Below, piece after piece: positions 27,998 to 39,984 of a stretch of DNA of 64,000 nt. Below the pieces are notes generated by a model that worked only from the letters and a program-made list of their open reading frames with translations, was not told the origin of the DNA and ran no database searches. Where the stretch lies: the NCBI RefSeq assembly GCF_030680185.1, contig NZ_JAUXVZ010000039.1, positions 3,466 to 67,465 on the forward strand, read 5' to 3'. The stretch is from Phenylobacterium sp. (GTDB taxonomy: Bacteria > Pseudomonadota > Alphaproteobacteria > Caulobacterales > Caulobacteraceae). The translations under genes were made by a program, and so were the position numbers. Every line of letters begins with the position of its first letter. Position 1 is the first letter of the stretch.

Positions 27998-29776
27998 ATG
28001 CAGCCAGGGGAAAAGCGTAGGTCGGCGGTGGGGACCGCATCCGGCGGGCCGGGGGCCGAGCGCCTTCTGGCCTCGATCGACCGCGTGTCCCCCGACGCCG
28101 CGGCGGCCGGGGCGCCCCTGTCCCTGCCTGCCCAGGCCCTGGCGAGCGCGGCCTTCACGCGTTCCGGCCGATTGATCCTCGCCGATCCGGTCTTCACGCA
28201 GACCTTTGGCTCCGACCTCCAGCCGGCCCCGCCCGCGGTGGGGGCCTGGCGGCTGTCGGCGGAGCCATGTCTGGACGGGGACACGGCCGTCGTGCTGGTC
28301 GCAGCGCCGCTGGCGGCCCGCCGCTGGCCCCTGTCGCCGGCCATCGCCGCCGCTGGGGAGGGTGAAGCCGGGTTGATCGTGCTGACCTACCGTCCCTTCG
28401 CCCATCCAAGCCTGGTCCAGCGGGCCTGCGACGGCTGGCGGCTGACGTCCCTGGAAGGCCGGGTGGTCGCGGCGCTGCTGGGACGCGACAACCTCAGGGC
28501 CGCCGCCCGCTCCGCCGGCGTAGCCTACGAAACCGCCCGGGAGGCGATCGCCTCAGCCCTGCGAAAGGCCGGCGCCCGACGGCAGGCCGATCTGGTGCGC
28601 CGGCTGCACATGGCGGTGGGGCTGGGGGATTTCGACCTGGCCGAGACCGGCCTGCTCGCCCAGGCGCTCGGCCTGTCTCAACGCCAGGCCGGCGTCGGCC
28701 GGCTGGTGGCCATGGGTCTGACGCGGCCGGAGATCGCCGCCACCCTGCAGGTCAGCGAGCATGTGGTGAAGGCCGAGCTCAAGCGGCTGTTCGAGGTGCT
28801 GGGCGTGCGCACAGCCGGCGCCCTGAGCGAGGTGGTGGTCCAGGCCTCGGTCCTGCTGGCGGTAGCCGGCGCCGACAACCTCGCCCATGCGGCCCAGGCC
28901 GACGAACTGAGGCCCCTGCGCCTGCTCGCCCGACCGGACGGGGGCGGACGTATCGCCCTGTCGGACTATGGCCCGGCCAGCGGCGCGCCCACCTTCCTCA
29001 TGCACAGCGCGCTGACGGGCAGTCTGATCGATCGCGGCCTGATCGGCGCCCTGCAGCGGCGGGGGCTCCGACCTATCGCCATCGAGCGTCCGGGTTTTGG
29101 CCTCACCGATCCGCCCCAGGGCGAGGGCGAGGTCGGCGCCCAGCGCGCAGCGGCCGACATGGCCCTGGTGGCCGGCGCGCTCAGGCTGAAGTCGGTCCGC
29201 CTGCTGTGCCGCGGCGGCGAGGCCGCCGCCCTGGCCTTCGCCGAGACCTATCCGCAACTGTTCGCCGGCGGCGTCCTGCTCAATCCCTTTCGACCCTATG
29301 AGGTCGACACCCGCTGGGACGGACTGATGAACATGGCCAAGCGGATGATCTCCGCCCAGCCGCAGCTGATCGAACCGATCGCCGCCTTCCTGGTCCGGCG
29401 CGCCAGCCCGAAGTCCATGGCCGGTATCGTGCGCGAGGCGGTCAAGGCGAGCCCGGCCGACCTCGCCGCCCTGGAGGACCCGAGGGTCCTGGCCGACTAT
29501 GTGGCCTCGGCCCGTCTGGCCGCCCTGGCCACCCCCTGGGGCTTTATCCAGGAGCAGAGCGGCTATATCGGCTGGCGCCCGCCGACCCTGGCCGATGGCC
29601 GGTCCTGGACGCGGATGGTCGGCGAGCAGGACGTGCTCTACCTCCCGGGCGAAGGCGATGAGGTGTGGGACACGGCCCTGCCTGGCCACCAGGTGATCCG
29701 GGTCCCGGAGGCCGGGCGCCTGATCCACGCCTCCCACCCCGAAATCGTCGCCGCAGCGACCGCGGCCCTGGTCTGA
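27998..29776 (+). CDS. Two LuxR-type HTH domains fused to a degenerate alpha/beta hydrolase fold
   Basis: HTH1 LTSLEGRVV..ETAREAI..RRQADLV; HTH2 LSQRQAGV..GLTRPEIA; hydrolase ERPGFGLTD; start uncertain (27974 or 27998). Confidence 0.8.
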   Translation: MQPGEKRRSAVGTASGGPGAERLLASIDRVSPDAAAAGAPLSLPAQALASAAFTRSGRLILADPVFTQTFGSDLQPAPPAVGAWRLSAEPCLDGDTAVVLVAAPLAARRWPLSPAIAAAGEGEAGLIVLTYRPFAHPSLVQRACDGWRLTSLEGRVVAALLGRDNLRAAARSAGVAYETAREAIASALRKAGARRQADLVRRLHMAVGLGDFDLAETGLLAQALGLSQRQAGVGRLVAMGLTRPEIAATLQVSEHVVKAELKRLFEVLGVRTAGALSEVVVQASVLLAVAGADNLAHAAQADELRPLRLLARPDGGGRIALSDYGPASGAPTFLMHSALTGSLIDRGLIGALQRRGLRPIAIERPGFGLTDPPQGEGEVGAQRAAADMALVAGALRLKSVRLLCRGGEAAALAFAETYPQLFAGGVLLNPFRPYEVDTRWDGLMNMAKRMISAQPQLIEPIAAFLVRRASPKSMAGIVREAVKASPADLAALEDPRVLADYVASARLAALATPWGFIQEQSGYIGWRPPTLADGRSWTRMVGEQDVLYLPGEGDEVWDTALPGHQVIRVPEAGRLIHASHPEIVAAATAALV

Positions 29777-29832
29777 CACACCCCCCAACCGGGGATACCG
29801 GGCGGGGTTAACGGGCGACATCGTCGCCCATC

Positions 29833-30429
29833 ATGACGCACCAGCCCCAGGCCCCCTGGCCCCACATCCCCATCTCCGCCGCCTGGGCGTTGGCCCCGCC
29901 GCTGACCCAGACCAGCAGCGCCATGCTTGTGGTCGATGGCGGCGATCGGGTTCTGGGCGGCAATCCCGCGGGCGTCGCCCAGTTTGGCGCCTTGCTGGGC
30001 GCCATCGAGGGCGACCGCCTCGCCTTCCGGGACGCCGCCTGTGCGGAGGCCCTGGCCACGGCGCGGCGGCGTCTGCGGCAGGATCGCATCCACGAAGTCA
30101 TCGTACGGTTCGACGCCGACGCCGGTGGGCCACTCTTCGCCCTTCTGTCCGGCGGCGGCGACAGCTACGCCCTTCTTCTGCCCCCGCCCGCACGAACCGA
30201 GGCCTTGGCTAGCGCTCTGATAAGCAGCTTTGGTCTGACCCGGGCGGAGACCCGTCTGGCGCTGAAGCTCCAGGGTGGCCTGAGCCTGGCCGAATGCGGC
30301 CGCGACCTGGACATCTCGGTCAACACGGCCCGCAATCAGCTCCGCGCCATCTTCGAAAAGCTCGGCCTGCGCCGCCAGAGCGAACTCGCCCGAACCCTGG
30401 CGCAGCTGGCGGCTCTGGCGAACGGATGA
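29833..30429 (+). CDS. LuxR-type HTH regulator with a PAS-like N-terminus
   Basis: FGLTRAETRLALKL..GLSLAEC..ISVNTARNQLRAIFEKLGLRRQSEL. Confidence 0.85.
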   Translation: MTHQPQAPWPHIPISAAWALAPPLTQTSSAMLVVDGGDRVLGGNPAGVAQFGALLGAIEGDRLAFRDAACAEALATARRRLRQDRIHEVIVRFDADAGGPLFALLSGGGDSYALLLPPPARTEALASALISSFGLTRAETRLALKLQGGLSLAECGRDLDISVNTARNQLRAIFEKLGLRRQSELARTLAQLAALANG

Positions 30430-30439
30430 GGCCGGCGCC

Positions 30440-31610
<1,171 letters not shown>

Positions 31611-31635
31611 GGCCACTCACCCCGACCACCATCAC

Positions 31636-31723
31636 CGTCATGCTCGGCCTTGTGCCGAGCATCCCTGTCGAGGGCGGGGCGCAAGCGTCGAGAGGGATCC
31701 TGGGCACAAGGCCCAGGATGACG
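31636..31723. repeat. CGTC-type REP-like palindromic element
   Basis: CGTC-ATGCTCGGC-CTTGT-GCCGAGCAT ... ATCCTGGGC-ACAAG-GCCCAGGAT-GACG between convergent ccrM and mutY. Confidence 0.8.
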
Positions 31724-31754
31724 ATAGTGGGGCTAAGAGCGCGGCGGACAAGCC

Positions 31755-32801
31755 CTACAGCAGGTTCGACAGCCCCGCCCGCGCCGCCTTCAGGAAGACG
31801 CTGGGCAGGGCGTCGAGGTCGCGTCGGTGCGTCCAGATCACGTCATCGGCGTCCCCTTCCGCCCGTAGCAGCCGCAGGGTCAGGGAGAAGTGGGTGAAGA
31901 CGTGGTCCACCTCGCCCGCGCCCTGCCAGTCTCCCGCGGCCGGGGCCGCCGCCAGCGCCTCGGCGTCTGACCACCGGGCCTCCCGCCAGTCGCTGGTGGG
32001 CAGGGCCAGCATGCCCCCCAGCAGGCCCTTGGGCGGCCGGCGCACCAGGGCGACCTCCTCCCCGCGGGTCAGGATATAGGCCACGCCGTGGCGGTGGGGT
32101 CGGGCCGCCTTGGCGCTCTTGCGCGGATAGGTCTCCGGCGCGCCCGTGGCCAGGCCGGCGCAGGCGGCCGTCAGGGGGCAGCGGTCGCAGAGCGGCGACT
32201 TGGGCCGGCAGACCGTGGCGCCCAGGTCCATCAGCGCCTGGGCCCAGTCGCCGGGGCGCTCATCGCGCACCAGGGCGGCGGCCAGGGACTTCAGCTCCGG
32301 CTTGGCGGCCGGCAGGGGCGTCTCGACGGCGAATAGCCGCGCCATGACCCGCTCCACATTGCCGTCGACCACATTGGTCGCCTCATCGAAGGCGATCGCC
32401 GCCACGGCCGCCGCCGTATAGGGGCCGAGCCCCGGCAGGGCGCGCAAGGCCGCCTCGGTGTCGGGGAAGACGCCGCCGTGGTCGTTCGCCACAGCCCGGG
32501 CGCAGGCCAGCAGGTTGCGGGCCCGGGCGTAGTAGCCAAGCCCCGCCCAGGCGGCCATCACCTCGTCGTCCGGCGCAGCGGCGAGATCCGAGACCGTCGG
32601 CCAGCGGGCGGTGAACTTCAGAAAGTAAGGGGTGGCGTGCGGCACCGTCGTCTGCTGCAGCATCACTTCCGACAGCCAGACGCGGTAGGGGTCTGACCGC
32701 AGGCCACCGCGCCCCTGCGCCGGCCCCGTCCGCCAGGGCAGGTCACGGGCGTGTCCGTCGTACCAGGACAGCAGGGCGGCGCGGAGGGCTTCGGGCTTCA
32801 C
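31755..32801 (-). CDS. mutY: A/G-specific adenine glycosylase
   Basis: SEVMLQQT, GLGYYARARNL, HhH LPGLGPYTA, Fe-S motif CRPKSPLCDRCPLTAAC. Confidence 0.95.
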   Translation of the reverse strand: MKPEALRAALLSWYDGHARDLPWRTGPAQGRGGLRSDPYRVWLSEVMLQQTTVPHATPYFLKFTARWPTVSDLAAAPDDEVMAAWAGLGYYARARNLLACARAVANDHGGVFPDTEAALRALPGLGPYTAAAVAAIAFDEATNVVDGNVERVMARLFAVETPLPAAKPELKSLAAALVRDERPGDWAQALMDLGATVCRPKSPLCDRCPLTAACAGLATGAPETYPRKSAKAARPHRHGVAYILTRGEEVALVRRPPKGLLGGMLALPTSDWREARWSDAEALAAAPAAGDWQGAGEVDHVFTHFSLTLRLLRAEGDADDVIWTHRRDLDALPSVFLKAARAGLSNLL

Positions 32802-32883
32802 GGCGGCAGACTTAGGCGTTCGCAGCCGACTTGGGCAGGGGGACTCTCACCTGGCGATCGTTCGGGTGTATCCTGGCGTCCTG

Positions 32884-33435
32884 ATGGCCCGCCGCCCCCT
32901 GCCCGACCTGGAAGAAACCCGCCAGATCCTGGCCCAACGCCGCTCGCGTCCCGCGCCGCGGCCGCCCCCGCCGGCTGGCCGCGCGCTGAACAAGCTGATC
33001 CGTGATCTGGACGCCCGGTTCGGCCAGGGCCCCGGCGCCCTCCAGGCCCGCTGGCGCGAGATTGTCGGCGAGCAGATCGCCCGGCGCACCGAGCCGGTGA
33101 AGCTGGTCAAGGGCCGCAATGGCGCGGGCGCAGCCCTGGAGATTCGCGTGGCCGGCCCGGCCGCAGCGCTCGTCCAGCATCAGGCGCCGGAAATCCTCTC
33201 GCGGGTGAACCTGTTCCTGGGCTCCGGCGCCGTCGAGCGGCTGCGGATCGTGCAGGGCCCCCTGCGCCCGCAGGCCCCCACGCCGGCCCAGACGCCCCGG
33301 CGGCGCCCGGCCCCCCTGGACGCCGCCCAGGAAGCCGAACTGAGGGAAAGTCTGGCCGAGGCGCCGGATGGTCCTTTGAAAGCCGCATTGCTGGCCTTGG
33401 GACGTGGTGTGCTGCGCGGCGCCGCGCGACGTTGA
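32884..33435 (+). CDS. dciA: DUF721/DciA family protein
   Basis: LQARWREIVG, ALVQHQAPEILSRVNLFLG..VERLRIVQGP; divergent from mutY, upstream of dsbA-smc. Confidence 0.8.
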   Translation: MARRPLPDLEETRQILAQRRSRPAPRPPPPAGRALNKLIRDLDARFGQGPGALQARWREIVGEQIARRTEPVKLVKGRNGAGAALEIRVAGPAAALVQHQAPEILSRVNLFLGSGAVERLRIVQGPLRPQAPTPAQTPRRRPAPLDAAQEAELRESLAEAPDGPLKAALLALGRGVLRGAARR

Positions 33436-33558
33436 CATTGGCGGCTCCGCGCCGTTCCTGCCTGCACGTGGACCAGCCGCCAATGGCCGCATGGGCCGAG
33501 CGCAGGGAATCGCGCTTAACTCATCAAACCGGACTTGAGAACAAAGGGCCGACCCAAA

Positions 33559-34176
33559 ATGCCGAACCTCAGCCGCCGCCTCCTGATGGCCGCCGCCGCC
33601 GCGACGCTGGTCGCTCTGGGCGCCTGTTCGGGCGCCTCCTCCGCCGGATCCGCCAATGGCGACATGACGATGGGCGACCCCAATGCGCCGGTGAAGCTCA
33701 CCGAGTACGCCTCGCTGAGCTGCGTCCACTGCGCGACCTTCAACAACGAGGTCTTCCCGGAACTGAAGTCGAAATACATCGACACCGGCAAGGTCCACTA
33801 CACGCTGAAGGAATTCCTGACCCAGCCCGTCGAGGTCGCGGCCGCCGGCTTCCTGCTCGCCCGCTGCGCCGGCGACGACAAGTATTTTAGCGTGGTGGAT
33901 TCGATCTTCCACAGCCAGCAGGAGATGTTCACCAGCGGCGACGTGCGCGGGACCCTGCTGCGCATCGCCCAGTCGGCGGGGCTGAATGAACAGCAGTTCC
34001 AGGCCTGCGTCTCCGACGAGGAAGGTCTGCGGGCGCTGAACGCGCGCATCGACCAGAGCCAGCGGGAAGCGCGCATCACCTCGACCCCGACCTTCCTCAT
34101 CAACGGCAAGGTGGTGAAGGAAGGCGAGATGAGCATCCAGGAGCTCGACGCCGCCATCGCCGCGGCCCAGAAGTAG
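33559..34176 (+). CDS. DsbA family thioredoxin-fold protein
   Basis: [15 protein letters not shown] motif, STPTFLING, Tat/lipoprotein-like N-terminus. Confidence 0.9.
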   Translation: MPNLSRRLLMAAAAATLVALGACSGASSAGSANGDMTMGDPNAPVKLTEYASLSCVHCATFNNEVFPELKSKYIDTGKVHYTLKEFLTQPVEVAAAGFLLARCAGDDKYFSVVDSIFHSQQEMFTSGDVRGTLLRIAQSAGLNEQQFQACVSDEEGLRALNARIDQSQREARITSTPTFLINGKVVKEGEMSIQELDAAIAAAQK

Positions 34177-34198
34177 CGGCCGAGGGACCCAGGCGCCC

Positions 34199-37100
34199 GT
34201 GCGCTTCCAGCGGCTTCGGCTCACCGGATTCAAGTCCTTCGTCGATCCGACCGAGTTTCGGATCGAACCGGGGCTGACGGGCATTGTCGGGCCGAACGGC
34301 TGCGGCAAGTCGAATCTGCTGGAAGCCCTGCGCTGGGTCATGGGCGCCAATTCCGCCAAGGCCATGCGGGCCGGCGGCATGGACGACGTGATCTTTGCGG
34401 GATCGGGCAAGCGCCCATCCCGCAACCATGCCGACGTCACCCTGACCATCGACAATTCCGAGCACCGGGCGCCGGCGGCCTATAACGACCATCCGGTTCT
34501 GGAGGTGGTGCGGCGGATCGACCGGGGCTCGGGCTCGACCTATCGGATCAACGGCAAGGAGGTCCGCGCCCGGGACGTCCAGCTTTTGTTCGCCGACGCC
34601 TCGACCGGCTCCAACTCCCCGGCCCTGGTGCGCCAGGGGCAGATCTCCGAGCTGATCGCAGCCAAGCCGCAGAACCGCCGGCTGATCCTGGAAGAGGCTG
34701 CAGGCGTCTCTGGCCTGCATTCCCGCCGTCACGAGGCCGAGCTGCGCCTGCGGGCGGCGGAGACCAATCTCGCCCGGCTGGACGACGTGGCCCAGGAACT
34801 GGAGGGCGGGCTCAACCGCCTGCGCCGCGAGGCCAAGCAGGCCGAACGCTACAAGCGGCTGTCGGCTGAGATCCGCGCCCTGCAGTCCGCCCTGCTCCAT
34901 GCCCGCTGGACCGAGGCCCGCCAGGCCGCCGAGCGCCTGCAGGCTGAGGCTGGCGAGGCCGCCCGCGCCGTCGAGGCCACCGCCCGCGCCGCCGCCACGG
35001 CCACGACTGACGCTGAGATCGCCGAGGCGGCGCTGGCGCCCCTGCGCGAGGCCGAGGCTGTGGCCGCCGCCGTGCTGGGCAAGCTCGCCATCGACAAGGA
35101 CCGCATCGAGCGCGAGGGCGAGGCCCTGGCCGCCGAGGTCGCCCGCGGCGAGGCCGAGATCGCCCGCATCGACGCCGACCGCGCCCGCGAAAGCCAGATG
35201 GTCGAGGACGCCCAGGCCGCGCTCGCCCGCCTGGCGGAGGATGTCGAAGGCCTGGAGGCCGCCGTGGCGCAGGCCCCGGAACGCCTGCCGGAACTGCAAG
35301 CCGCCCTGGCGGGCGCTGAAGCCGCACGCGCCGCCGCCGACGTCGATGTAGAGCGTCTGGCCGCCGCCCTGGCCGCCCAGGAAGCCCAGGCCCGCGCCGC
35401 AGCGGCGCAGATCAGCGAAGCGGAGTCCCGGGTCGCCCGCACCCGTCGGACCCTGGACCAGACCCGGGCCGAGCGGGCGGCCCTGGGTCCGGCGCAGGAC
35501 CCCGCCATTGTCGAGGCCAAGGCGCAGTTCGAGGCCGCGCTGGCCGCCCTCGCCGCCGCCCGCGCCCAACTGGAGGAAGCCGAGGCGGCTCAGGTCCGCG
35601 CCGCGAGCGCCGAGGCGCAGGCCCGCGAGGCCGCCCGCAAACAGGACGAGGTGATCGCCCGGCACACCGCCGAGGCCCGCGCGCTGGCCCAGATCGTTGC
35701 CCCTCAACTGCGCGGCGGGTTTGCGCCCGCCCTGGACGCCATCGCGCCGGCGCGCGGCTATGAAATGGCCCTGGCCGCCGCCCTCGGCGATGATTTGGAA
35801 GCCGCCCTCGATCCTAAGGCGCCGGCCCACTGGGGCGGGGCGGAGGCTGCGCCCCCGGTCTGGCCGGCCGGCGCCAGCCCCTTGAGCGACCACGTCAAGG
35901 CTCCGCCGCAACTGGCGGCCCGCCTGGCCTATGTGGCCCTGGTGTCCCGGGACGCCGGCGAGGCCCTGACCAAACAGATCGCCCCCGGCTGCCGGCTGGT
36001 GTCCCGCGAAGGAGATCTCTGGCGCTGGGACGGCTTCACCGCCCGGGCCGAGGCCAAGAAGCCGGCGGCTGTCCGCCTGGAGCAGAAGACGCGGCTGGCC
36101 GAGGTGGAGGCCGAGATCGAGGCTCTGACGCCCGCGGCGCAGGCGGCCAGGACCGCCCTAAGCGCTGCGCGTGAGGCGATGACCCAGGCCGAAGCCGCCC
36201 ACAAGGCGGCGCGACGGGAGCCCCCAGCCTGCGAACAGCGCGTCGGCCAGGCGCGCGCAGTCCTGGAGCGTCTGGAGCGGGAGGACGCCCGCCGCGAGGC
36301 CCAGGCCCAGGCCCTCGACGACATGATCGGCCGCTTCGAAGCCGAGCTGGCCGAGGCCCAGGCCCACCATGCCGCGGTGCTGGCCGAGGTGAGCGTGGCG
36401 AGCGCCGATGGCGACCTGGCCGCCGCCCTGGCCCAGGCCCGCGCCGCCGCAGGGCCGGCTCGAGAGGCCGCCGCCGCCGCCCGTTCGGCTCTGGATGTGG
36501 AGACTCGCGAGCGAGAGGGCCGCGCGCGCCGCCTGACCACGCTGGTCAAGGAGCGCGACGACTGGGCGCGGCGGGCCGAAACCGCCAGCCGACGCCTCGA
36601 CACCCTTGAGGCTGACCGGGCCCGCACCCTCCAGGCCCTGGACGCCGCCCGGGAAGCGCCCAAGGCGCTGGACTCCCGCCGCATCGCCCTGCTGGACGCC
36701 TTCGCCGCCGCCGAGACCCGGCGCGCCCAGGCCCGCGACGCCATGCTGGCCGCCGAATCGACGCGCTCGGACGCCGAGCGGGCCCTGCGCGCCGCCGACG
36801 CGGCCGCCGCCCAGGCCCGCGAGGCCCGCGCCGCCCTGGACGCCCACCGCGAGGCCGCGGTTCAGCGGCTGACCGAAATCACCGAGCAGATCCGCGAGAC
36901 CGCCCGGGTGGAGCCCGCCGAGCTCGCCCGCCTGCTGGCCGACGAGGCCGTGGCCATCCCCGCCGACGCCGGCGGCATGGAATCCCATCTCCACAATCTG
37001 GAGCGTCAGCGGGACTCCATAGGCGCGGTGAACCTGCGGGCCGAGGATGAGGCCCGCGAGAGCGCCGCCCGCCTCGAGACCATGCAGACCGAGCGCGCCG

Positions 37101-37642
37101 ACCTGACCGGCGCCATCGCCCGCCTGCGCCAGGGGATCGACGAGCTGAACGGCGAGGGCCGCGAACGGCTGCTGGCGGCCTTCGAGGTCATCAACGCCCA
37201 TTTCAAGACCCTGTTCGAAACCCTGTTCGAGGGCGGCCAGGCCGAGCTGCGCTTGGTAGAGTCCGACGATCCCCTGGAGGCGGGTCTGGAAATCTATGCC
37301 TGCCCGCCGGGCAAGCGCATGGCGACCATGAGCCTGATGAGCGGCGGCGAGCAGGCCCTGACGGCGGCCGCCCTGATCTTCGCGGTCTTCCTGGCCAATC
37401 CGGCGCCGATCTGCGTGCTGGACGAGGTGGACGCGCCGCTGGACGACGCCAATGTCGATCGCTTCTGCAACATGCTCGACGAGATGCGTCGGCGCACCGA
37501 GACGCGGTTCATCACCATCACCCACAATCCGGTGACCATGGCCCGCATGGACCGGCTGTTTGGGGTGACCATGGCCGAGCGCGGCGTGTCGCAATTGGTG
37601 TCGGTGGACCTCCGCCAGGCCGAGGCCCTGGCCGCGGAATAG
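34199..37642 (+). CDS. smc: Chromosome segregation protein SMC
   Basis: GPNGCGKSN Walker A, long coiled coils, LMSGGE signature, LDEVDAPLD Walker B. Confidence 0.96.
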   Translation: MRFQRLRLTGFKSFVDPTEFRIEPGLTGIVGPNGCGKSNLLEALRWVMGANSAKAMRAGGMDDVIFAGSGKRPSRNHADVTLTIDNSEHRAPAAYNDHPVLEVVRRIDRGSGSTYRINGKEVRARDVQLLFADASTGSNSPALVRQGQISELIAAKPQNRRLILEEAAGVSGLHSRRHEAELRLRAAETNLARLDDVAQELEGGLNRLRREAKQAERYKRLSAEIRALQSALLHARWTEARQAAERLQAEAGEAARAVEATARAAATATTDAEIAEAALAPLREAEAVAAAVLGKLAIDKDRIEREGEALAAEVARGEAEIARIDADRARESQMVEDAQAALARLAEDVEGLEAAVAQAPERLPELQAALAGAEAARAAADVDVERLAAALAAQEAQARAAAAQISEAESRVARTRRTLDQTRAERAALGPAQDPAIVEAKAQFEAALAALAAARAQLEEAEAAQVRAASAEAQAREAARKQDEVIARHTAEARALAQIVAPQLRGGFAPALDAIAPARGYEMALAAALGDDLEAALDPKAPAHWGGAEAAPPVWPAGASPLSDHVKAPPQLAARLAYVALVSRDAGEALTKQIAPGCRLVSREGDLWRWDGFTARAEAKKPAAVRLEQKTRLAEVEAEIEALTPAAQAARTALSAAREAMTQAEAAHKAARREPPACEQRVGQARAVLERLEREDARREAQAQALDDMIGRFEAELAEAQAHHAAVLAEVSVASADGDLAAALAQARAAAGPAREAAAAARSALDVETREREGRARRLTTLVKERDDWARRAETASRRLDTLEADRARTLQALDAAREAPKALDSRRIALLDAFAAAETRRAQARDAMLAAESTRSDAERALRAADAAAAQAREARAALDAHREAAVQRLTEITEQIRETARVEPAELARLLADEAVAIPADAGGMESHLHNLERQRDSIGAVNLRAEDEARESAARLETMQTERADLTGAIARLRQGIDELNGEGRERLLAAFEVINAHFKTLFETLFEGGQAELRLVESDDPLEAGLEIYACPPGKRMATMSLMSGGEQALTAAALIFAVFLANPAPICVLDEVDAPLDDANVDRFCNMLDEMRRRTETRFITITHNPVTMARMDRLFGVTMAERGVSQLVSVDLRQAEALAAE

Positions 37643-37811
37643 GCGCCGCAGACGCCGAATCGCGGCGCCTAGGTCGATAGGCAAGAGAAATCAAACAATT
37701 AGAGTGGGGCGCCAGCGCCTTGACGCTGTACCTCCGCCCCTTTAGGTTCCGCCGCGATCGAACCAGGGGCGCCGGCAGGCCGCCCGCGCCCGGGGAAGGC
37801 GTCATCCGCTC

Positions 37812-38213
37812 ATGTCGCAGTCGAACGATCCGCACGATGAGGCGCTGAAACGCCTCGACGCACAACTGGATGCGGTGAACGCCCAACGGGCGGCGCGTGA
37901 CCAGAAGGGGAAGTTCGACACGAGCGCGATCGGCTCCGGCTACAAGCTGGTGGCCGAACTGATCGGGGGTGTTCTTGGGGGGCTCGGCCTAGGCTGGCTC
38001 TTCGATCAATGGGCTGGAACCTCGCCCTGGGGCTTGCTCCTGGGCGTGCTTGTGGGTACCGCCCTGGCGATGTTCTTGATCTCGCGTTCAGCGGGACGCA
38101 TGAGCGCGCAGGCGGCGGCGAAGGCCGGACCGGTTTCCTCGGTCCCCTTCGACGACGATGAAGATGACGACGACGGCTGGCCCGCGGGGCCTGGCCAGAA
38201 CAAGAGGGACTGA
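37812..38213 (+). CDS. atpI: ATP synthase protein I (AtpZ/AtpI)
   Basis: ELIGGVLGGLGLGWLFDQWAGTSPWG; first gene of the F0 cluster. Confidence 0.85.
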   Translation: MSQSNDPHDEALKRLDAQLDAVNAQRAARDQKGKFDTSAIGSGYKLVAELIGGVLGGLGLGWLFDQWAGTSPWGLLLGVLVGTALAMFLISRSAGRMSAQAAAKAGPVSSVPFDDDEDDDDGWPAGPGQNKRD

Positions 38214-38216
38214 GGC

Positions 38217-38969
38217 GTGGCTGATCCGATGCATCAGTTCGAGATCCAGCAGGTTCTCGAGCTTCCGCCTGTTGCGGGCTTCGATCTCTCGATCACCAAT
38301 TCGGCCTTGTGGATGATCATCGCCGCGGCCAGCGTCACCCTGTTCTTCGCCGCGGCCTCGGCCAAGGCCGCCGTGGTGCCGGGCCGGCTGCAGTCGGTGG
38401 GCGAGATGCTCTACGAGCTGATCCACAACCTGACCGACTCGATCATCGGTCACGAGGGCAAGCGGTACTTCCCCTTCGTCTTCACCCTGTTCGCCTTCAT
38501 CCTGGCCATGAACCTTCTGGGCATGGTCCCCTATTTCTTCACCTCGACCTCGCAGCTGGCGGTGACCGCCACCCTGGGCGTCCTGGTGATCGCGGTGGTG
38601 ATCGCCGTCGGCTTCGCCCGCAACGGCCTGGGCTTCTTCAAGCTCTTCGTGCCCTCGGGCGTGCCCTTCTTCGTGCTTCCCCTGGTGGTGGTGATCGAGA
38701 TCATCTCCTTCCTGGTCCGCCCGGTGACGCTGGCCCTTCGACTGTTCGGCAACATGGTGGGCGGCCACGTGGTGCTGAAGGTCTTCGGCGGCTTCGTGGT
38801 CTCGCTCGGCGCGCTGGGCGCGCTGGGGATTGTCGGCGCCCTGGTCACCCTGACCGGCACCGTCGCCATCACCGCCCTTGAGTTCATGGTCGCGTTCCTG
38901 CAGGCGTTCGTCTTCGCCGTGCTGGCCTGCGTCTATCTGAACGACGTCGTGAACCTGCATAGCCACTGA
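38217..38969 (+). CDS. atpB: F0F1 ATP synthase subunit a
   Basis: DPMHQF, PGRLQS, LALRLFGNM..GH, FLQAFVF. Confidence 0.95.
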   Translation: MADPMHQFEIQQVLELPPVAGFDLSITNSALWMIIAAASVTLFFAAASAKAAVVPGRLQSVGEMLYELIHNLTDSIIGHEGKRYFPFVFTLFAFILAMNLLGMVPYFFTSTSQLAVTATLGVLVIAVVIAVGFARNGLGFFKLFVPSGVPFFVLPLVVVIEIISFLVRPVTLALRLFGNMVGGHVVLKVFGGFVVSLGALGALGIVGALVTLTGTVAITALEFMVAFLQAFVFAVLACVYLNDVVNLHSH

Positions 38970-39028
38970 TCACGACTGACTCCTCACCCCCGTTTCCCCG
39001 ACCCCATCGCTTAAACGGAGCACTCTCG

Positions 39029-39256
39029 ATGGATCCCCTTGCTGCTAAATACGTCGGCGCTGGCCTGGCGATGTTGGGCATGATCGGCGCCGGTATCGGC
39101 CTCGGCACCATGTTCGGCCAATACCTCAACGGCGCGCTGCGCAACCCGTCGGCCTCGGCCGGCGAGCGTCCGATGCTCTTCCTGGGCATGGCGCTGACCG
39201 AAGCCCTCGGCATCTTCGCCTTCGTGGTCGCGCTGCTGATCCTGTTCGCCGCCTAA
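39029..39256 (+). CDS. atpE: F0F1 ATP synthase subunit c
   Basis: GAGIGLG, ALRNPS, ALTEALGIF. Confidence 0.95.
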   Translation: MDPLAAKYVGAGLAMLGMIGAGIGLGTMFGQYLNGALRNPSASAGERPMLFLGMALTEALGIFAFVVALLILFAA

Positions 39257-39280
39257 GGCGAGACTATCCGTGCGTGGGGG

Positions 39281-39306
39281 GGCGGGCTGTCGCACGGCCC
39301 GCCTTT
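39281..39306 (+). terminator. Hairpin between atpE and the b' gene
   Basis: GGCGGGCTGT-CGC-ACGGCCCGCC followed by TTT. Confidence 0.5.
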
Positions 39307-39373
39307 CGCATGACCCGGCTTTCGGATTTCTCGTCCTTCGCACGGACCTGCGCAGACTCAACGGAGCGCCTTG

Positions 39374-39973
39374 ATGGCCCAGACTTCACCAGAGCTCGAG
39401 CCCGGCGGCGCCCTCGTCGAAACCCCGCCGACCACGCCGAGCCACGATCTGCACGAAAGCACGGAAGCCGCCGAGCACGGCTCGTCGGGCCTGCCCCAGT
39501 TCGAGTTCGGCTACTGGCCGGGCCAGATCTTCTGGCTGCTGATCGTTTTCGTCATTCTCTACGTCATCCTGTCCAAGCTGTTCCTGCCCCGGGTGGGCGG
39601 CGCCATCGAGGCGCGGGCGGCGAAGATCGAGGGCGACCTGGCTGACGCCCGCAGCGCCCGCGACGAGGCCGAGCGCCAGTCGGCGGAGGCCGCGGCTGAA
39701 CTGGCCCAGGCCCGCGCCCGGGCGCAGAAGACCGCCGCCGAAGCCAAGGCGGCCGCCAAGGCTGAGGCCGACAGCCGCAATGCGGCCGAGGAAGCCAAGC
39801 TGAACGTGCGCCTCGCCGAGGCCGACGCCGCCATCGCGGCGGGTCGCGACCGGGCCATGGCCAATGTCCGCACCGTGGCGGCCGAAACCGCCGAGGCCAT
39901 CGTCGAGAAGCTGAGCGGCCAGGCGCCGTCCCGCGCCGAGGTCGATGCGGCCATCGCCCGTAACGCGGCCTGA
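39374..39973 (+). CDS. F0F1 ATP synthase subunit b'
   Basis: [27 protein letters not shown], Ala-rich coiled coil. Confidence 0.92.
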   Translation: MAQTSPELEPGGALVETPPTTPSHDLHESTEAAEHGSSGLPQFEFGYWPGQIFWLLIVFVILYVILSKLFLPRVGGAIEARAAKIEGDLADARSARDEAERQSAEAAAELAQARARAQKTAAEAKAAAKAEADSRNAAEEAKLNVRLAEADAAIAAGRDRAMANVRTVAAETAEAIVEKLSGQAPSRAEVDAAIARNAA

Positions 39974-39984
39974 GGAGAGACGAC

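Noticed and set aside
34900-36900. Highly repetitive GCC/GAG-rich DNA
   Set aside because: It is the Ala/Glu/Arg-rich SMC coiled coil, not a DNA repeat element.
39029-39256. Na+-coupled ATP synthase
   Set aside because: Subunit c has TEAL without the Gln/Ser(Thr) Na+-binding signature; an ordinary H+ type.
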